A stretch of DNA of 64,000 bases from Vicugna vicugna (lineage: Eukaryota), in assembly GCA_013265495.1 (NCBI GenBank), contig MU058824.1, positions 4,119,111-4,183,110 on the forward strand. Reading direction: 5' to 3'. A model generated the notes under the pieces. That model did no database searches. It was not told where the DNA came from and saw only the letters and a program-made list of their open reading frames with translations. The first letter of the stretch is position 1. The number at the start of each line of letters is the position of its first letter. The position numbers and the translations under genes are program-made. Shown here one piece after another: positions 12,074-25,240 of the stretch.

Positions 12074-12218
12074 AGGGGGAGGGTATAGCTCAAGTGGTAG
12101 AGCGCATGCTTAGCACGCACAGGGTCCTGGGTTCAATCCCCAGTCCCTCCTCTAAAAATAGATAAATAAACAAGTTAAACCTAATTACCCCCCCCCGAAA
12201 AAAAAACTAAAAAAAAAG
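12074..12218 (+). mobile_element. tRNA-derived SINE (Vic-1-like)
   Basis: GGGTATAGCTCAAGTGGTAGAGCGCATGCTTAGC..GGGTTCAATCCCCAG. TSD TAAAAACAACA(G/A)TGG at 12059-12073 and 12219-12233. Confidence 0.95.
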
Positions 12219-13770
12219 TAAAAACAACAATGGCAATAAATCCAAAACCCAACAAAGGCAACAGGTCAAAAGATTTGCTTTCTTAAAGTGAATCTGTGTG
12301 CAGTTCATGAAGTTATTTATTTCCCTGTTGAAATCAAAACTAAAGTCACAATTTGACTGTAGAATGTTTAGATAATTCTGTATATATTTTGAGTCTAACT
12401 ATTGGTAGAATAAAATCTTTTAAAAAATGAACTCTGCCTCAATTGACTTAAGTGGTTTTAACATAAAATATTCTGTGGTGTGGGGGTAGAAATCAAACTA
12501 GTTTTACCATACCAAAATCTTTTTATAGCACTTTTGAGATGTAAACATGTTTCCTTTTGAAATCAAATTATTTGATAGAATAGTTATATTATTTTTCCTG
12601 ATGCTATGTAATTAAAAATCCAAGACCCAAATTTAAGTCTTGATTAAAACTTTCTTTCTATAGAAGAAAAGATAGTAAATTGAAAAGGGGCTTTAGAAAT
12701 TTTGATTCTGAGATTGCTTTAAGAAGGGAAAGGCAAGTCAGATTGGGTTTGGGCCTCACAGAATTGACCGTGCTAGTTCCTGGGTCAGGAAATCTCAGAA
12801 TTGAGGGGGCTGTGCCGCACTGGGGCGGGGCATAAGCTTGGTAGGAGCTAGAAGTGAAACTGGAAGTGCCTTAAAAAAGCAGATCTTTGTATTAGCCCGA
12901 GTCAGGCTGCAATGAGCAGTTGAGACAGTATGATTCTCAAGCACAAACGTGAATGTAGTTACCCTGGCAGATTTCCTGAGAAAGTCAACATGTTTGCCTG
13001 TGACCCAGGACAGACCTGAAACTCAGTGGAGGAACACAGGAGAAGAGCAAAGAAAGAGGCTGAGGTAAGGGCTTTAGGGTACAAATTTTAAAATAAGATT
13101 TCTGAGCCTTAGAGGGAGGCAGTGGGAAGTTAAACATGAAATTCCGGGGACATTTTCCCTTCCCCATAAGCTATGTAGAGGTGGAGGCTGCAGCATGGAA
13201 GTGGAGGGTTGATACACTTGTAGATGTTGATAAAGGTATCCTTGTTAAAGTGGAAAAGGTGTATCTCAGTGGTTTGTTTTAAAATGGATTCCTGTTACAA
13301 TATTAGTGTAACAGGTTAGCTAGTCTTATATAATTTTATTATGCCTGGGGTTAAAATTGGAGTTCACTTATTTTAAAAGAAAAATGAGAACTTATGATAT
13401 AACATTGACACCTAAGAGCAATACGTTTCCAGAGTAGTTTAATGGTAGTTATGAGCTATCTGTCACACACCGAAGATGACACTGCTAACATGCTCTGCCT
13501 AACTAGGGCATGCAGTGCTGATGTTTTTCCCACAGGAGTGATAGATTTAAGTGCAGAGAGGATAAAAACCATTGCTCTTTCTGCTCCCATCCCCTCCCCC
13601 CTTCCCATCCCCAAAGCCAGTCACAGATACTCTGGGCAGGTAGGTGCAGGTAATATGTATTGGGGTTAGGTTTACAGCTCAGAGCTAGAACGGCATTTCA
13701 CAGTTTACTTCTGTGTCACCCTGGGATGTAGTTAAAAAGCAGATTTCTAGCTAAGGCACAGGTGATGGAG

Positions 13771-13948
13771 AAGTGGCTTTCAAACTTTGAGGCTGCATAA
13801 TAGGGGAGGGCTGGTTAAAAGGAAGATTACTGGGCCCCCACCTCCTGAGCTTTTGATTCACTTCACGGCAGGGGAGGGGATGCTTTTAAACAGATTCCTA
13901 GGTGATGCTAATACAGCTGGAGGGGGAGGGGATATTTTGAGAGCCACT
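13771..13948. mobile_element. MER5A-like hAT-Charlie MITE
   Basis: Starts AGTGGCTTTTCAAACTTT and ends TTTGAGAGCCACTG (TIR-like). Internal CTGGGCCCCCAC and AGGTGATGCT. Confidence 0.7.
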
Positions 13949-14299
13949 GAGATAGAATATAAATAACCGAGAGGCAACTCAAACCATTCATCTTGGTTTC
14001 TTGAGTGTTATTTTATAACTGAACTGAAAGTGGTGAAGAAAAAAAAAGGTTACAAGAAGTAATAGAGTAATTAATATTGTTCATGTTAAACAAATAACAC
14101 CTCACAATTCTATATTGTTTATTGTGGTGAGTGTGTGTCAATGACAAACCCCATCAAATGATGATAGTAAAGGTGATTACTTCTGGAGAAGGATTGAGGA
14201 TTATGGAGGGTGGGATTTTAGCTTTCTATGTAAGGTTTTAGCTTTTACTGAAGATACTGTACTTCTATTTATATAATTAATTTTATAAAAAGATAGGGG

Positions 14300-14703
14300 A
14301 AATCTGGGCCAGATACCCTCCACTTACTTCTCCAGACCTGTCCTTGACCCCTTTTTCACCTGGCTCTTTACCCCAAAGAAAGAGTTCTCAGGTCTTCTGG
14401 CTTCTGGTTGGTTCAGCCTTAAGAGGAGAGAGAAGGGAAGGAGGAGGGTGAGTTCAGCATGTTTATCCCCTCTTCTCTCAGGGTAGCATGTGTTATCTTA
14501 CCTGGATTCTGGTGCTCTCTTGTCCTGTCTTTTTTGGGGGCCAGAGCAGTAATTGTTCTGCTATTGCTAGTCCTGGTTCCCGTTCATCCCTGTGGTTTCT
14601 GTAGGCCTCACCTCCCAATTTTGTAATTATTCCTTTCCTAAATAAAGCCCCTTCAGATTATTCTGAGTTTCCCATCTCTTCACTGTGAGGACAATGACTG
14701 ATG
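14300..14703 (+). mobile_element. Old ERVL-type solo LTR (LTR33-like)
   Basis: 3' end AATAAAGCCCCTTCAGATTA..GAGTTTCCCATCT..GGACAATGACTGAT resembles an LTR33 terminus. Confidence 0.55.
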
Positions 14704-14719
14704 GACTCTCCATTCTTGT

Positions 14720-16120
14720 TCCTCTCTTTACTGTAATCCCAGAGGTAGTGACAGTACTATTTTGGTATGTGTATCTTTCCAGACATTTTCTATACATACG
14801 TGGCTCTTTAATTAATCAATCACAAGGGATCACATTGTACTTCCTATTCTCTATGATGGTGGGTTTTTTTTTTTTTAAACATACTATACTGTGACCATCT
14901 TTCTACGTTGGTATACTCTATCTCATTCTTAAAAACTGTGCAATATTCCATTTTATTTGATAATGGATTACCTCAATTTAACCAGTTCCTTATTTATTTA
15001 ACATGACATTTTAAATCATACTGAATTTCCATTAATGCTTAGATCTGTTTCTGCACTCTGTTCTATTGATCTGTCTCAGAATTCTGGCACCAGTATTGCA
15101 CATTTCACTTGTTGTAGTTTTGTATGGATAAATGCATGGTAGGGCAGCTCTTTGTAGTTATTTTGGAAAAAGACTTGGCTTTCATAACACGCTTTTTTTC
15201 CATTTCCAGATATATTTTTTAAAAAGTTTTTGTCAGGATTATTACAAAAATCCCAGTGATATACAGATTGGAAAAGCATTATATTTATTAAGTTGGAAAT
15301 AATCAATCTTTTCACACTATTGAGTCTTTTCATCTATTAACATGATTTCTTTCCACTTGCTCTTTTTATGCGCTGTAGTATGTACCTTAGCAGAATTTTG
15401 TAATTTAATTCACCTGATGTCAGTTCCATAGTATTTTACATTTTTCTTGCTTTTGACACTGGGATGTTTTTCATCATACTTTTTGAGCTTTGCTGATGTT
15501 AGGAAAAAACTGTTGATTTTTATGTATTTAAAAACCTGCCTGTTTGCTGAGTTCTTTTAGTTATTTTAATAATTTTTTTTATAGATTTTTCCTGGGTATT
15601 TCAGTTGGACAGCTTTATTATTGGCAAATGTTGCTAATTTAGACTCCTTTTCAATATTTTCCTCTGTTATTTTTTTCTTGTTTTATCGGCTAGACTACAA
15701 CATCCAGAAAAATGTCATATACTTGACTATAGTCAAATGAGGCTGCCTCAGGTGTGCATCACTGTTTTTCTTCACTGAAGTGTGCTTCATTGTGAGGTTG
15801 GCTGTGTGGGTCTGAAACGTCACAAATTAAAGAAGCAGTATTTTTATTTATAAAGTGCTTTTCTTAGAAAGGATGTTTGTCAAAAGCCTTCCAACCCAGT
15901 TATCTACCCTTAGAGATTATGTCTCTTTGACCTATTTATGTGCTGAGGTATATTAATCAATTTTTAGTACGGAATTATCCCTGAATTTTTGTAATGAATC
16001 TTACAGTACTAGATTGATTTGTTAGTATATAGGGCTTTGGTATGTCCCAAATTACAAAATTGTAGGAGAAAAGGCCTGTAATTTTCCTTCCTTGTGCCGT
16101 CCTTGATACCAGGATTTTGG
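14720..16120 (-). mobile_element. Highly degraded old L1 fragments
   Basis: T-rich sequence with reverse ORF2-like motifs (CTGTTCTATTGATCTGTC; CACTATTGAGTCTTTTCATCTAT). Confidence 0.55.
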
Positions 16121-16739
16121 TAGCATGAAAAAATAGTCTTTTTGGGAGGATGAGGCAGTAACCATTTCTGTTTTGTTTTTTAGCTTACTGCATTCAGTTT
16201 TCAGTTGGGGAGTGTGTGGGGGAAGTAGTTAATTTTGGTGAATTTTTTTTTTTAAGAAAAGTAAATCATTTTCTGGCTTTAAAAAAGTATAAGTGAGTTC
16301 ATTGTGTTATGTTTAAAAATTTTCTTTGAAAATATGATTTTATGAACTTTCTTATTCTTAATAAACTGTATTTTATTCTGTTCTGATTGGATTAAAATCT
16401 CTTTTGTCCTATTATCTGTAAAATCTATAAAATAGGTATAATGAAAGTTAGCTAATGTATATGCCTATGACATAGTAAGCAATCAAATGATAGTTGCTAT
16501 TATTTAAAAAGAAGATTGTCTTTTATTCTTGGATTTATTATTTCTATATTTTTGTAAAATGATTCAGGAATTTCTTTTCTTACCTAAAAGTTTTTTAATG
16601 TATGCATTTATTATCTTCTGATTACAAAAATGCACATAGCAAAAAATTCAAACATTACAGAAATATGTGTAAGAGAAAATAAAAGTCCCTTTACTTGAAT
16701 TCTTCGGAGATCACTGAGAACAGGTTGGTGTGTATACTC

Positions 16740-16757
16740 GTGTGTGTGTGTGTGTGT
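16740..16757. repeat. (GT)n microsatellite
   Basis: Read directly from the sequence. Confidence 0.85.
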
Positions 16758-17069
16758 TACTGTGCACACACATATATGTATATGTGTGTAAATTTATAAA
16801 AAATGGATCATACTGTATATATTGTTTTGAAACTTGCTTTATTTCCATTTTATATCTTGGATCTCTCCAAGTCAGTACTTAATAGATCTAGTTATTCTTT
16901 GCTGGAACCTTTATTGGATATATGATATACATATAAAACATGCACGTCTTGTAAGTTTTCAGCTTTAAATCATCACAGTGTGAATACACTTTTGTCAATT
17001 CGTAGGTCAAGAAGTACGATATTACAGGTACCCCAAACACCTCCCATTGTGCCCCTCACCTCATTCTTT

Positions 17070-17895
17070 TATAAAATTCAACAGCTTTATTGAGATATAA
17101 CTCATATCAGATAGTTCACCCATACAAAGTGTACATTTCAATGGCTTTTGTTATTTTTGTATATTCACAGTTGTGCAACTCTCACCACTGTCTAATTTCA
17201 GAATCTTTTCATTGCCTGGAAAAGAAACCCTGTACCCACTGGCAGTTACTCTCCATTCCTCCCACCTTAAGCCTAGGGAATGACTATCTACTTTCTTTTT
17301 CTATAGATTTGCCTATTCTGGACCTTTTATACAAGTGGAATTATACAATATATAGTCTTTTATGATTGGTTTCTTCCACTTGGCATAGTATTTTCAGGTT
17401 CATCCATGTTGTAACATATATCAACACTTTGTTCCTTTTCATAAACAAATAATATTCAGTTTGTATATACTGCATTTTATTTATCCCTCTAGCAGTTGAT
17501 GGACATTTGGGTTGCATCCTCTTTTGGACCTTTATGAATAATGCTGTGATAAACATTTGTGTACTAGATTTTGCATGGACCTATGTTTACATTTCTTTTA
17601 AATATGCACACACACACCTAAGAGTGGAATTACTAGGTTGAATTATAACTATGCCTACCCTTTTGATGAACTGCTAAACTTTCCCAAACTGTTTGCACCA
17701 TTTCATTTTACGTTTCCACCAGCAATGTATCAGAGTCCTAATTTCTGCACATTCTCATCAGTACCTGTTTTTATCTGTCTTTTTGATTCTAGCCATCCTC
17801 CAGGGGGTACATCGGTAGTTCGTTGCAGTTTTGATTTGTATTTCCCTAGTGGTTAACAATATTGAGCATCTTTTCATATATTATTGGTCCATGTA
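17070..17895 (-). mobile_element. L1MB-like 3' end
   Basis: ORF 17341..17556 (MFITALF..QPKCPST..INKM) matches the L1 ORF2 C-terminus. Typical 3' UTR. Confidence 0.85.
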
Positions 17896-18094
17896 GATTT
17901 TAAAAAGGCCTTTAAATTTTCTCTAATTGTCAGAGGCAGAGCTAAATAGTATCTTTTGTATCCTTGTAATTTTTAGATAAGCATTTCAGTACATCTGTAC
18001 TTCTCCATTCTCTTTTTTCTTTGTAAATATTATCTATAGTTTTATTTATTTGTCATTTTTATATGTTACATATTTTCTTTTTAGAATGATTTTT

Positions 18095-18166
18095 TTTTTA
18101 GTGGAGGTACTGGAAATTGAACCCAGGACCCAGCACACGCTCTACCATTGAGCTATACCCATCTTC
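18095..18166 (-). mobile_element. Short, internally deleted Vic-1-like SINE
   Basis: GGAGGTACTGGAAATTGAACCCAGGACC..CTCTACCATTGAGCTATACCC. TSD TTAGA(A/T)TGATTTTT at 18081-18094 and 18167-18180. Confidence 0.85.
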
Positions 18167-19084
18167 TTAGATTGATTTTTTAAAAATGTTTTCTTGCAAT
18201 TATGTAGCCAAATTTACAGTAGTTATTTAGATTTATCTGTATTTTAAATTGTTTTGCCGTTGCCTTCCATTCTTAGCTATACAATAAATGTACATCAGTT
18301 CATTGGGTGAGTACTGTGAACTAATTTGTTGGATGAGTACTGTGGTTTCCAGGATCCATGTTTTCACAGATTCTGTATAGGATTACATGAGTTGATGATC
18401 TATATGACTGATAAACCTGTTTTAAACATTTAAAAGATATGATTAAGGTTTGCATTTCATTGACATAATCCAGAGCTTTGCTTGCTCTTAATTCATCTAG
18501 AGTTTCAGGGTAGTGTTTTTCACCCTTCCTGGGAGAGCAGCCTGAGTTAGGGATTTTGCAGAGAAAAATGATACAGTCTGTTTCTTCACGATCAGGGAGA
18601 TGAATAGGGAAACCAGATGGACAGACTGGAGAGCGTAGTTCCATTATTTGGAAGAATAAGCTAATCTCAGAGCATCATATCTACTTGTCTTTGTTCAAGT
18701 ATAATACGTACATATCTTCATATACGTGTGAGTCAGTACCATCATTCCTCCATTACCCCTTCTCTGAGTTGTTTCAAATAATTTTTGCCCAGTATAATTT
18801 GCCTTACCCCAAAGTTCATATTGAAAATAATTGATAATGAAATCTAAATGGAAATACTTCTTGAAGAGCCTCTGGGGGATGGCCCCCAGGATGTTACTGT
18901 TGTGAGTTTTCCAGGGCCTAGGGGCTAGTATTCAATTTCATGGGTCCAGAAACTGGACTTTTTTTTTCTGCATGTCTATAGGTGATCAGATTCACACTGT
19001 CTAGATAACAGGAGACTTGTATCCAAATTGAAAGTACAAGTTTATTAATTTGTAATGTGGAAAGTCTTTTCTAATCACTTAAAT

Positions 19085-19600
19085 GCAACAAGTAAATATG
19101 TCTGCTGTGTACCAGGTCACTTACTGGATATACGGTAGTGAACAAGAACAGGTTAAAACCTCTGCTCTTATGATGAAGCTTACATTCCAGTGATGTAAGA
19201 CCGACAATGACTGATAAATATATAAGATGTCATAAATATGGTAAGTACTAAGAAGAAAAATACAGCAGGGTAGGGAAAGATGAGCAAAGAATGAAAGGAG
19301 TGGGTGCTATTTAAACCCATCAGCCAAAGAATGCCTCTTTGGTGTGGTGACATGTGAGCTGAGACCTGAAGGAAGTGAGGATCAAACTGTAGGTGCAGAA
19401 GCCCTGAGGCAGAGGGGTGCTTGCTGTCTTCAAGAGGCAGGAGGGAATTCTGAGTGGCTCAAGGAGGAGAGTAGCAGGAAGTATGGTGATGACCTTCTTG
19501 GCCATTATAAAGATTTTGTTTATGACTTTTGTTCTGAATGAGATGTGATCACTGAGCAGAAGAATGATGATAGGATGTGACTTACCTTACAGTTCTCTGG
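19085..19600 (-). mobile_element. L2 LINE 3' fragment
   Basis: GAAGCTTACATTCCAGTG; GGTGACATGTGAGCTGAGACCTGAAGGAAGTGAGG; GAAGCCCTGAGGCAG. Confidence 0.75.
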
Positions 19601-21074
19601 CTTCCCTTTCATTTTTTCTGCACAGCAGCCAGAGAGCTTTTAAAAGAATGGATCATACGGCTCCTTAAAACCATTCATTGGCTTCCTGTTGCACTTGAAC
19701 TTACCCAGTTTTTCCTTTCCCTCTCATAAGCTGTTTTTCCTGCATAGACTGTTCACTGTGCCCTTTGAGTGCTCTGTTCCTACTCCTCCATTAGCATTCA
19801 GCTTTCCTTGGCCTCCCTGTCTAGGGAGGTTCTGCTTCTCTGCTGTCTCATTACACTGTTTTTTCCTTCATAACCCTTAACTAAATTTACAATTACTCAT
19901 TTATGGGTTTCCATATGTGGCCCAATACTTGTCCCACTGTGTCTGGCAGGACAGATGAGTCTGTCCTTTAGCAGAAGAGTTTGGTCTTGATTGTAACTGA
20001 TCACAAAGAAAGTGAATCAGAAGAGGCTGCAGATAATTTTTCACTTTGTCTTGAGTGAGTTCCCAGAAGCCCATTCTCCTTTGACTTCCCTTCCTTTTCT
20101 ATAACTTTTTTTTTTTTTTTTTTGGCCAGGAGTAGGGCAGTCTTTGACAGCTTGTGTTCAAGCCTGGATTAGCTACTTCCTGGCTTCATCTAGTAAGATG
20201 GCTTTGATCATCATATTCTTCAAAACTGAACATTTATAGGACAGACCAAGACCTCTCTCTTATTTAGCCATCTCTCCTAATATAACTTTGGTATGTTATC
20301 CCAGTGAACGTTCTTCTAACCAGGAGTTTGGCATGGGAAGAATGACTCTTGTGTTCACCATCATGATGTACCCAGTGCTTATATAATGCCTGGCACTTAG
20401 TAGCTGTTCCGTATGAAATATGCACAGAATGGAATTAGAGCAAAAGCAGGTAGCTCATCTTGTGAGAATTTCATGTGGGTGATGGGGGATTTCATGAAAA
20501 AAAATCTCTTCCTCTTAGTGGTATATGCCTCTAGTATCCAGAATATTTGTGCCTGTTCCCCTCTTCTCCCATCTCTCCTCTGGGAAAGCTGGACATAACG
20601 AGTGGTCTCAGAACCTGTTTCTCATTGCTGATGGCGACCTTCTGGTGGCCCTTTGTTTCTTTATACTTGTTTATGCCTCTGATTACACTAGTTGCTTCTC
20701 CCAGTCCATTACATGTTCCTGGGCCTAGGAAAAGCCTGTTTTCTACCACTGTGTTTTGATTTCTTCACTCTCTGAATCAACCCTGTTCTTGTGGTGGGGG
20801 TGGTGTGGGGAAGGCACTTGCACCCATGTATTTTGTTGTCACTCCATTTGCATTTACTCCAGTATGTATATGTGTATGTGATAGCTTGACTAAACCAATA
20901 GAGATAAAAGTTCTTTTTTTTTCTGCCTCTAAATTTACTATTTGGTTGCTTAAATTTTGGGCTAGGTTAGTTTCTTCCTTCTTATGGTCACTTACGCTAG
21001 AGAAGTAAACCATCAGTTTTGCAAAAAGCAAAACCTATTCCTTCTCCTTCCTTCCTTCCTTCCGATATATATAA

Positions 21075-21245
21075 TTATTTATTTTGAGGTAGCATTGGTT
21101 TATAACATTATATGTTTCATGTGTGCAACATTGTATGTCTAATAATGTATGCACTGCAGCATGCTTACCACCAAAAATTGTTTGTATCCATCATATAGTT
21201 GATCCTCTTTACCCATTCCACCCTCCACCCGCGCCTTCACCTCTG
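21075..21245 (-). mobile_element. L1 3' terminal fragment
   Basis: TTATTTTGAGGTAGCATTGGTTTATAACATTATATGTTTCA..CACCAAAA..TTACCCATT. Confidence 0.65.
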
Positions 21246-22429
21246 CTAATCAGTAAGAACACCCTATTTTTAATACTCTCCACTACCTTCTTTGTTTGTC
21301 AGACACCTGTATGGAGTTGTGGAGAAGGTGTACTTATATCAAATAATTGTGCTGTGCCTATAAATGGGAGAATTGGAATTTCTAATGTGTTTATTGGTCA
21401 TTACTGTCTTTAATCCTCAATATTGTTTTGTAGGCAGTTTATCAGGAACTTAATAAACCACAAGAAAAGTGTTTTTTTTTTAAATACATTTGTGATCTTT
21501 AATTAGAAGCACTGATATTGGCCCTGAGTATAGTTTTCAGATATTAAGAGGTATGATTTTGGTGAATGAATTGAATTTCTCTGCCTTTTAAGTTAAAAAA
21601 AATTTTTTTTGCATCAAGATAAGAATTTTTCCTCTAAAGTATTACACAGCAATAGTCTAAAAATACATAGGTGTAAAACAGCATTTGTGCTGTGTTACCA
21701 CTGTGAAGAATCTTGTGTTCACAGATTTCCTGAATAAATAATTCTTTCTCTGTTTTTCTTTTGGAAGAACACCGATACCAGTTGAAACTCATTCTTAGCA
21801 TTTTACGTGGTAGTAGAAGATGAATAGGAAAATAAAAATTTCAACGATCTACATGCCTTTAAAGTGAAAAATTAATAATCATTAGTGGTGGTGGAGGGAA
21901 AGGATTTCTGTATAAGCAACATACAGTATTTAGGGTTAATGTCTTATGCATTCTGTATGTAATGGAATGTGGAGTATGTACACATACTCTCTAATACACA
22001 CATATACACACTTTCTTTTTCTCTCTTTCTCTTGCATCCAAGGTGTTAAACATTAAATAATTCTTTAGTGTTGAAAACTCTAAGGGGATTGATAATCACA
22101 GCTTATAAAATCATGATAATGGATTTATTCTCAAAATATTAAATATTCAAAGTACAGATGAGGACAATATTACATCCCTGAAGTTTGACAAAAAGGTTTT
22201 ATTTTTGAATGAATAAAAGGGATTAATATCTTAATACAATTAGTGAATTTAACCCTAAGAGGAGATAGTACTAACTGAGATAAAGTAATTTCAGGGTAGG
22301 TTTTTGCAAGTTTGTGGTTGCTAGAAGGTTCTTTACCTTAGGGACTCCCCCATCACGTCTCCACCCCTTCCTCCATCTTTTCAGTGTATGGCCATGGAGG
22401 GCAATCTTGCTTTCTTAAAAAATATCTTG

Positions 22430-22563
22430 GAGGGGAGGGTATAGCTCAGTGGTAGAGTGCATGCCTAACATGCATAAGGTCCTGGTTTCAATCCCCAGTA
22501 CCTCCATTAAAAATAAATAAATAAATAAACCTAATTACCCCTCCCCCCCCCCAAAAAAACCCC
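22430..22563 (+). mobile_element. tRNA-derived SINE (Vic-1-like)
   Basis: A and B boxes, (AAAT)n-CCTAATTACCCC tail. TSD AAAATATCTTG at 22419-22429 and 22564-22574. Confidence 0.95.
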
Positions 22564-22751
22564 AAAATATCTTGATGCTCTATGATTAAGAGACAGAATT
22601 GGTGATATGTTGGTGGGAAGATATAGTAGACTTAGTATATATAATGGACTTATCTTCCAATCTTGTGACTGGGGAACTCTAGTTTCTCAAGATTACCACT
22701 GTTTTGAAGTTCTGCATACCAGAAAAGTTGGTGTGTGAAGAGAGCAAACTT

Positions 22752-22900
22752 TTGTGTGTGTGTGTGTGTGTGTAGGTAATTAGGTTTATTTATTTATTTA
22801 TTTGAAAGGAGATACTAGGAGTTGAACCCAGGACCTTGTGCATGGTAAGTGTGCAGTCTGCCACTGAGCTATACCACCCCACCCCTCTCTCTAATCCCCC
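22752..22900 (-). mobile_element. tRNA-derived SINE (Vic-1-like) with (CA)n tail
   Basis: Reverse A and B boxes. TSD AGAGCAAACTT at 22741-22751 and 22901-22911. (TG)10 at ~22753-22773. Confidence 0.93.
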
Positions 22901-23559
22901 AGAGCAAACTTGTTGTTGGGCATTCTGCAGCCAGCAGTGAGCTAGCTGTCTTGCCTCCACAGCCTGAAAATTTTGTATTACTGAAAGTAGTGATTCTAAT
23001 CCTTTTGATACAGCTGTAGATCTTCTCTCTTAACACATACATGTGTTATTTTGAACAAAGACTTTTAAACTATTTAAATATTACTGTCTATGCCCATTTG
23101 CAGGCTATCAAAATTTCATGGTGTGAGCGTAATTCTGTTGAAAGGATAGATGCATGCCATTCTCTTATAACTCAGTAGAAAAAGGTTAAAAACTAAAAGA
23201 TGAATTGCCAAATGAATGATTTAAATTCAGAGTCTGTTAAAGCATGTCCTACTCTAAACTGTTACCTGAATGCAGAATGTGTGGTTCTGTGAGAGAGTTA
23301 TAGCTTATGTTTGGTTTAAATAGGACTGAGTCCTGAGTCAGGTGCCTCCATGTTCTGGAAGAAAGCGAGCACCTGTGATAAAGCTAGTCCTACCTTAACA
23401 CAAGTTCATCTAGCAGAAATCAGATTTTTGGGTTCTGTTGTCTTATTCCTAGAAGCACTAGTGTGCTTGAACTTAAAGAATTTTGGTAAAGTTTGGTTCC
23501 CTTAGTGGTTTTGTCATCTTGTACCTTATTGTATGATAATCTTGGAGGCTGTGAGTGTT

Positions 23560-23740
23560 AATGTAAGTAGTGCAAAAAGCACTTGGACTAGAAACCAGCA
23601 GTTCTGAGATATTAGTATTTTTTCTGCCACTAAATAACCCTGTGACTGCAGATGAATCACTTCATCTTCCTGGAGTTTACTCATCTATAAAACAGGGAGA
23701 TTGAATTCTTATCACTAAGGTTCTTATGTCGTATAATTCT
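23560..23740 (+). mobile_element. MIR fragment
   Basis: CTGCCACTAA..TGTGACT..AATCACTT..CTCATCTATAAAA. Confidence 0.6.
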
Positions 23741-24804
23741 AAAATACATTTGTCATTAAAGAAGTCAACACGATGATCAAAACAAGCCAGTCTGCTGGTC
23801 TTCATATCTGGTAAAACATGAATGTAGCAATTCTGGACCCACCCAGGTGTGGGGCTTTTGAGCTAGCCAGGAACAGAGGCAATGGGCACTCATAAAGAGT
23901 CTAGTGTGCTAAGAGCTGAATTGCAGGAAGAGGCCAAGAGAAACCCTCAGCCCAGGAGGGACAAGTCAGAGCTTAGATCATTGGAAAAAAAAGCCCCAAG
24001 AGCCTGGCATTCAGGAAAGCAAATGTCTGGTTCTCCTTTGAATCTACAGTAGCATATATTAGAGTTTGATAATTGATGTTAATGATGATTATGTATCTTG
24101 AAAATTTTTTAAATACTTTGGATTTAATGTTTTATAAAGCAGAGGAATGTATGTTATATTTTGGAATAGTACCAGTAAAGATGGCTGAAGTAAAAATTAT
24201 TTATTAGATTAACTGATATAAAGAAAATTAATCAGGTGTAGCTTCTACTCCCTACTGATGCTAGAAAAATTAAGAATTACTGGACTGATTTTTCTGTGAT
24301 CTGGTCAAATGGTGATCTATGTAAGAAAAAAAGAATCAGGGAAAAAGTGCAATTTTAGATTTGTTGGCCTCCTAGCTTCCTTCCACTGGAGATGGTTGAG
24401 AGTTGGCTCCTCTGTATATTTGTGCTTAAGAAACAAAACCTTCTTAATTGAGATAAAGTTCAGTACTGCATTTGCAGTTCCTCCTGAATTTATTTCTGTG
24501 TACATTTGAGAGTTGAATACTGGTAAGTTTTGATTTTTCACATTTGTAGCTAATGAAGTTTAGTAGGATATAACACAAAGTTTTTGTTAACTAGTATAAA
24601 TATGTAACCTTGAATATCTACTGTCTAGTTACAAGATTTAAAATTAATGTGGCAAATGTTTCCCCAGGTTTTAAAAATACCTGAAGAAAACAGTATTTAT
24701 GCAATATTGATGTATGAAATGCAACAGGTACATTTTTTTCTAGAGTTTAAAAATTGAAATCTGTATATTTCTCTATTAGTAATATTGTAGGCATACTTCT
24801 AACG

Positions 24805-24960
24805 TTTGTAATAGAAAATTTTAAACATGTGCAGTTGTAGAGAGACTAGTATAATAAACCTCTGTGTACCTATCATCCAGGCTCAGCAGTTACCAGACTA
24901 TGACAGTTTTATTTCATCTACGCTTTCACTTACTTCCCTGTACCTACCTTGGATTTTTTT
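24805..24960 (-). mobile_element. L1MC-like 3' fragment, resuming at ~25195 after a younger insertion
   Basis: GAAAATTTTAAACAT..GTAGAGAGACTAGTATAATAAACC..TTTCATCTA..TGGATT. Confidence 0.6.
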
Positions 24961-25053
24961 TCTTTTAATGAATCTTTATTATTTGCTACAGAACAGTGTC
25001 TTGAAAGGATAGAAAATTTGTTCAGAGATAAACTCCATTTACAGCTTGTCTAA

Positions 25054-25194
25054 TTTTTTTTTATTGAAGTATAGTTGATTTATAATGTTGTGATGTTGTG
25101 TTTCTGGTGTACAGCATAGTGATTCAGTTATACGTATGTATTCTTTTTCATATTTTAAATTATAGGTTATTACAAGTTATTGAATATAGTTTCC
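25054..25194 (-). mobile_element. 5'-truncated lineage L1 3' end
   Basis: T-run + ATTGAAGTATAGTTGATTTATAATGTTGTG..GGTGTACAGCATAGTGATTCAG..TTGAATATAGTT, nearly the same as 36560-36690. Confidence 0.88.
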
Positions 25195-25240
25195 TGGATT
25201 ATTTTGAAACAGTTCCCAATCATGGACAGCCATGACACTC

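Noticed and set aside
12074..12150. tRNA-like sequence with A and B boxes (and seven similar copies)
   Set aside because: Each copy has a SINE-type tail, and seven of the eight have clear TSDs, so they are SINEs rather than tRNA genes.
15723..15736. Perfect 14-bp palindrome TTGACTATAGTCAA
   Set aside because: Lies in degraded L1; a few palindromes of this length are expected by chance in 64 kb.
18303..18344. 16-bp direct repeat TTGG(G/A)TGAGTACTGTG with 26-bp period
   Set aside because: Only two units; a small local duplication, not an array or CRISPR.
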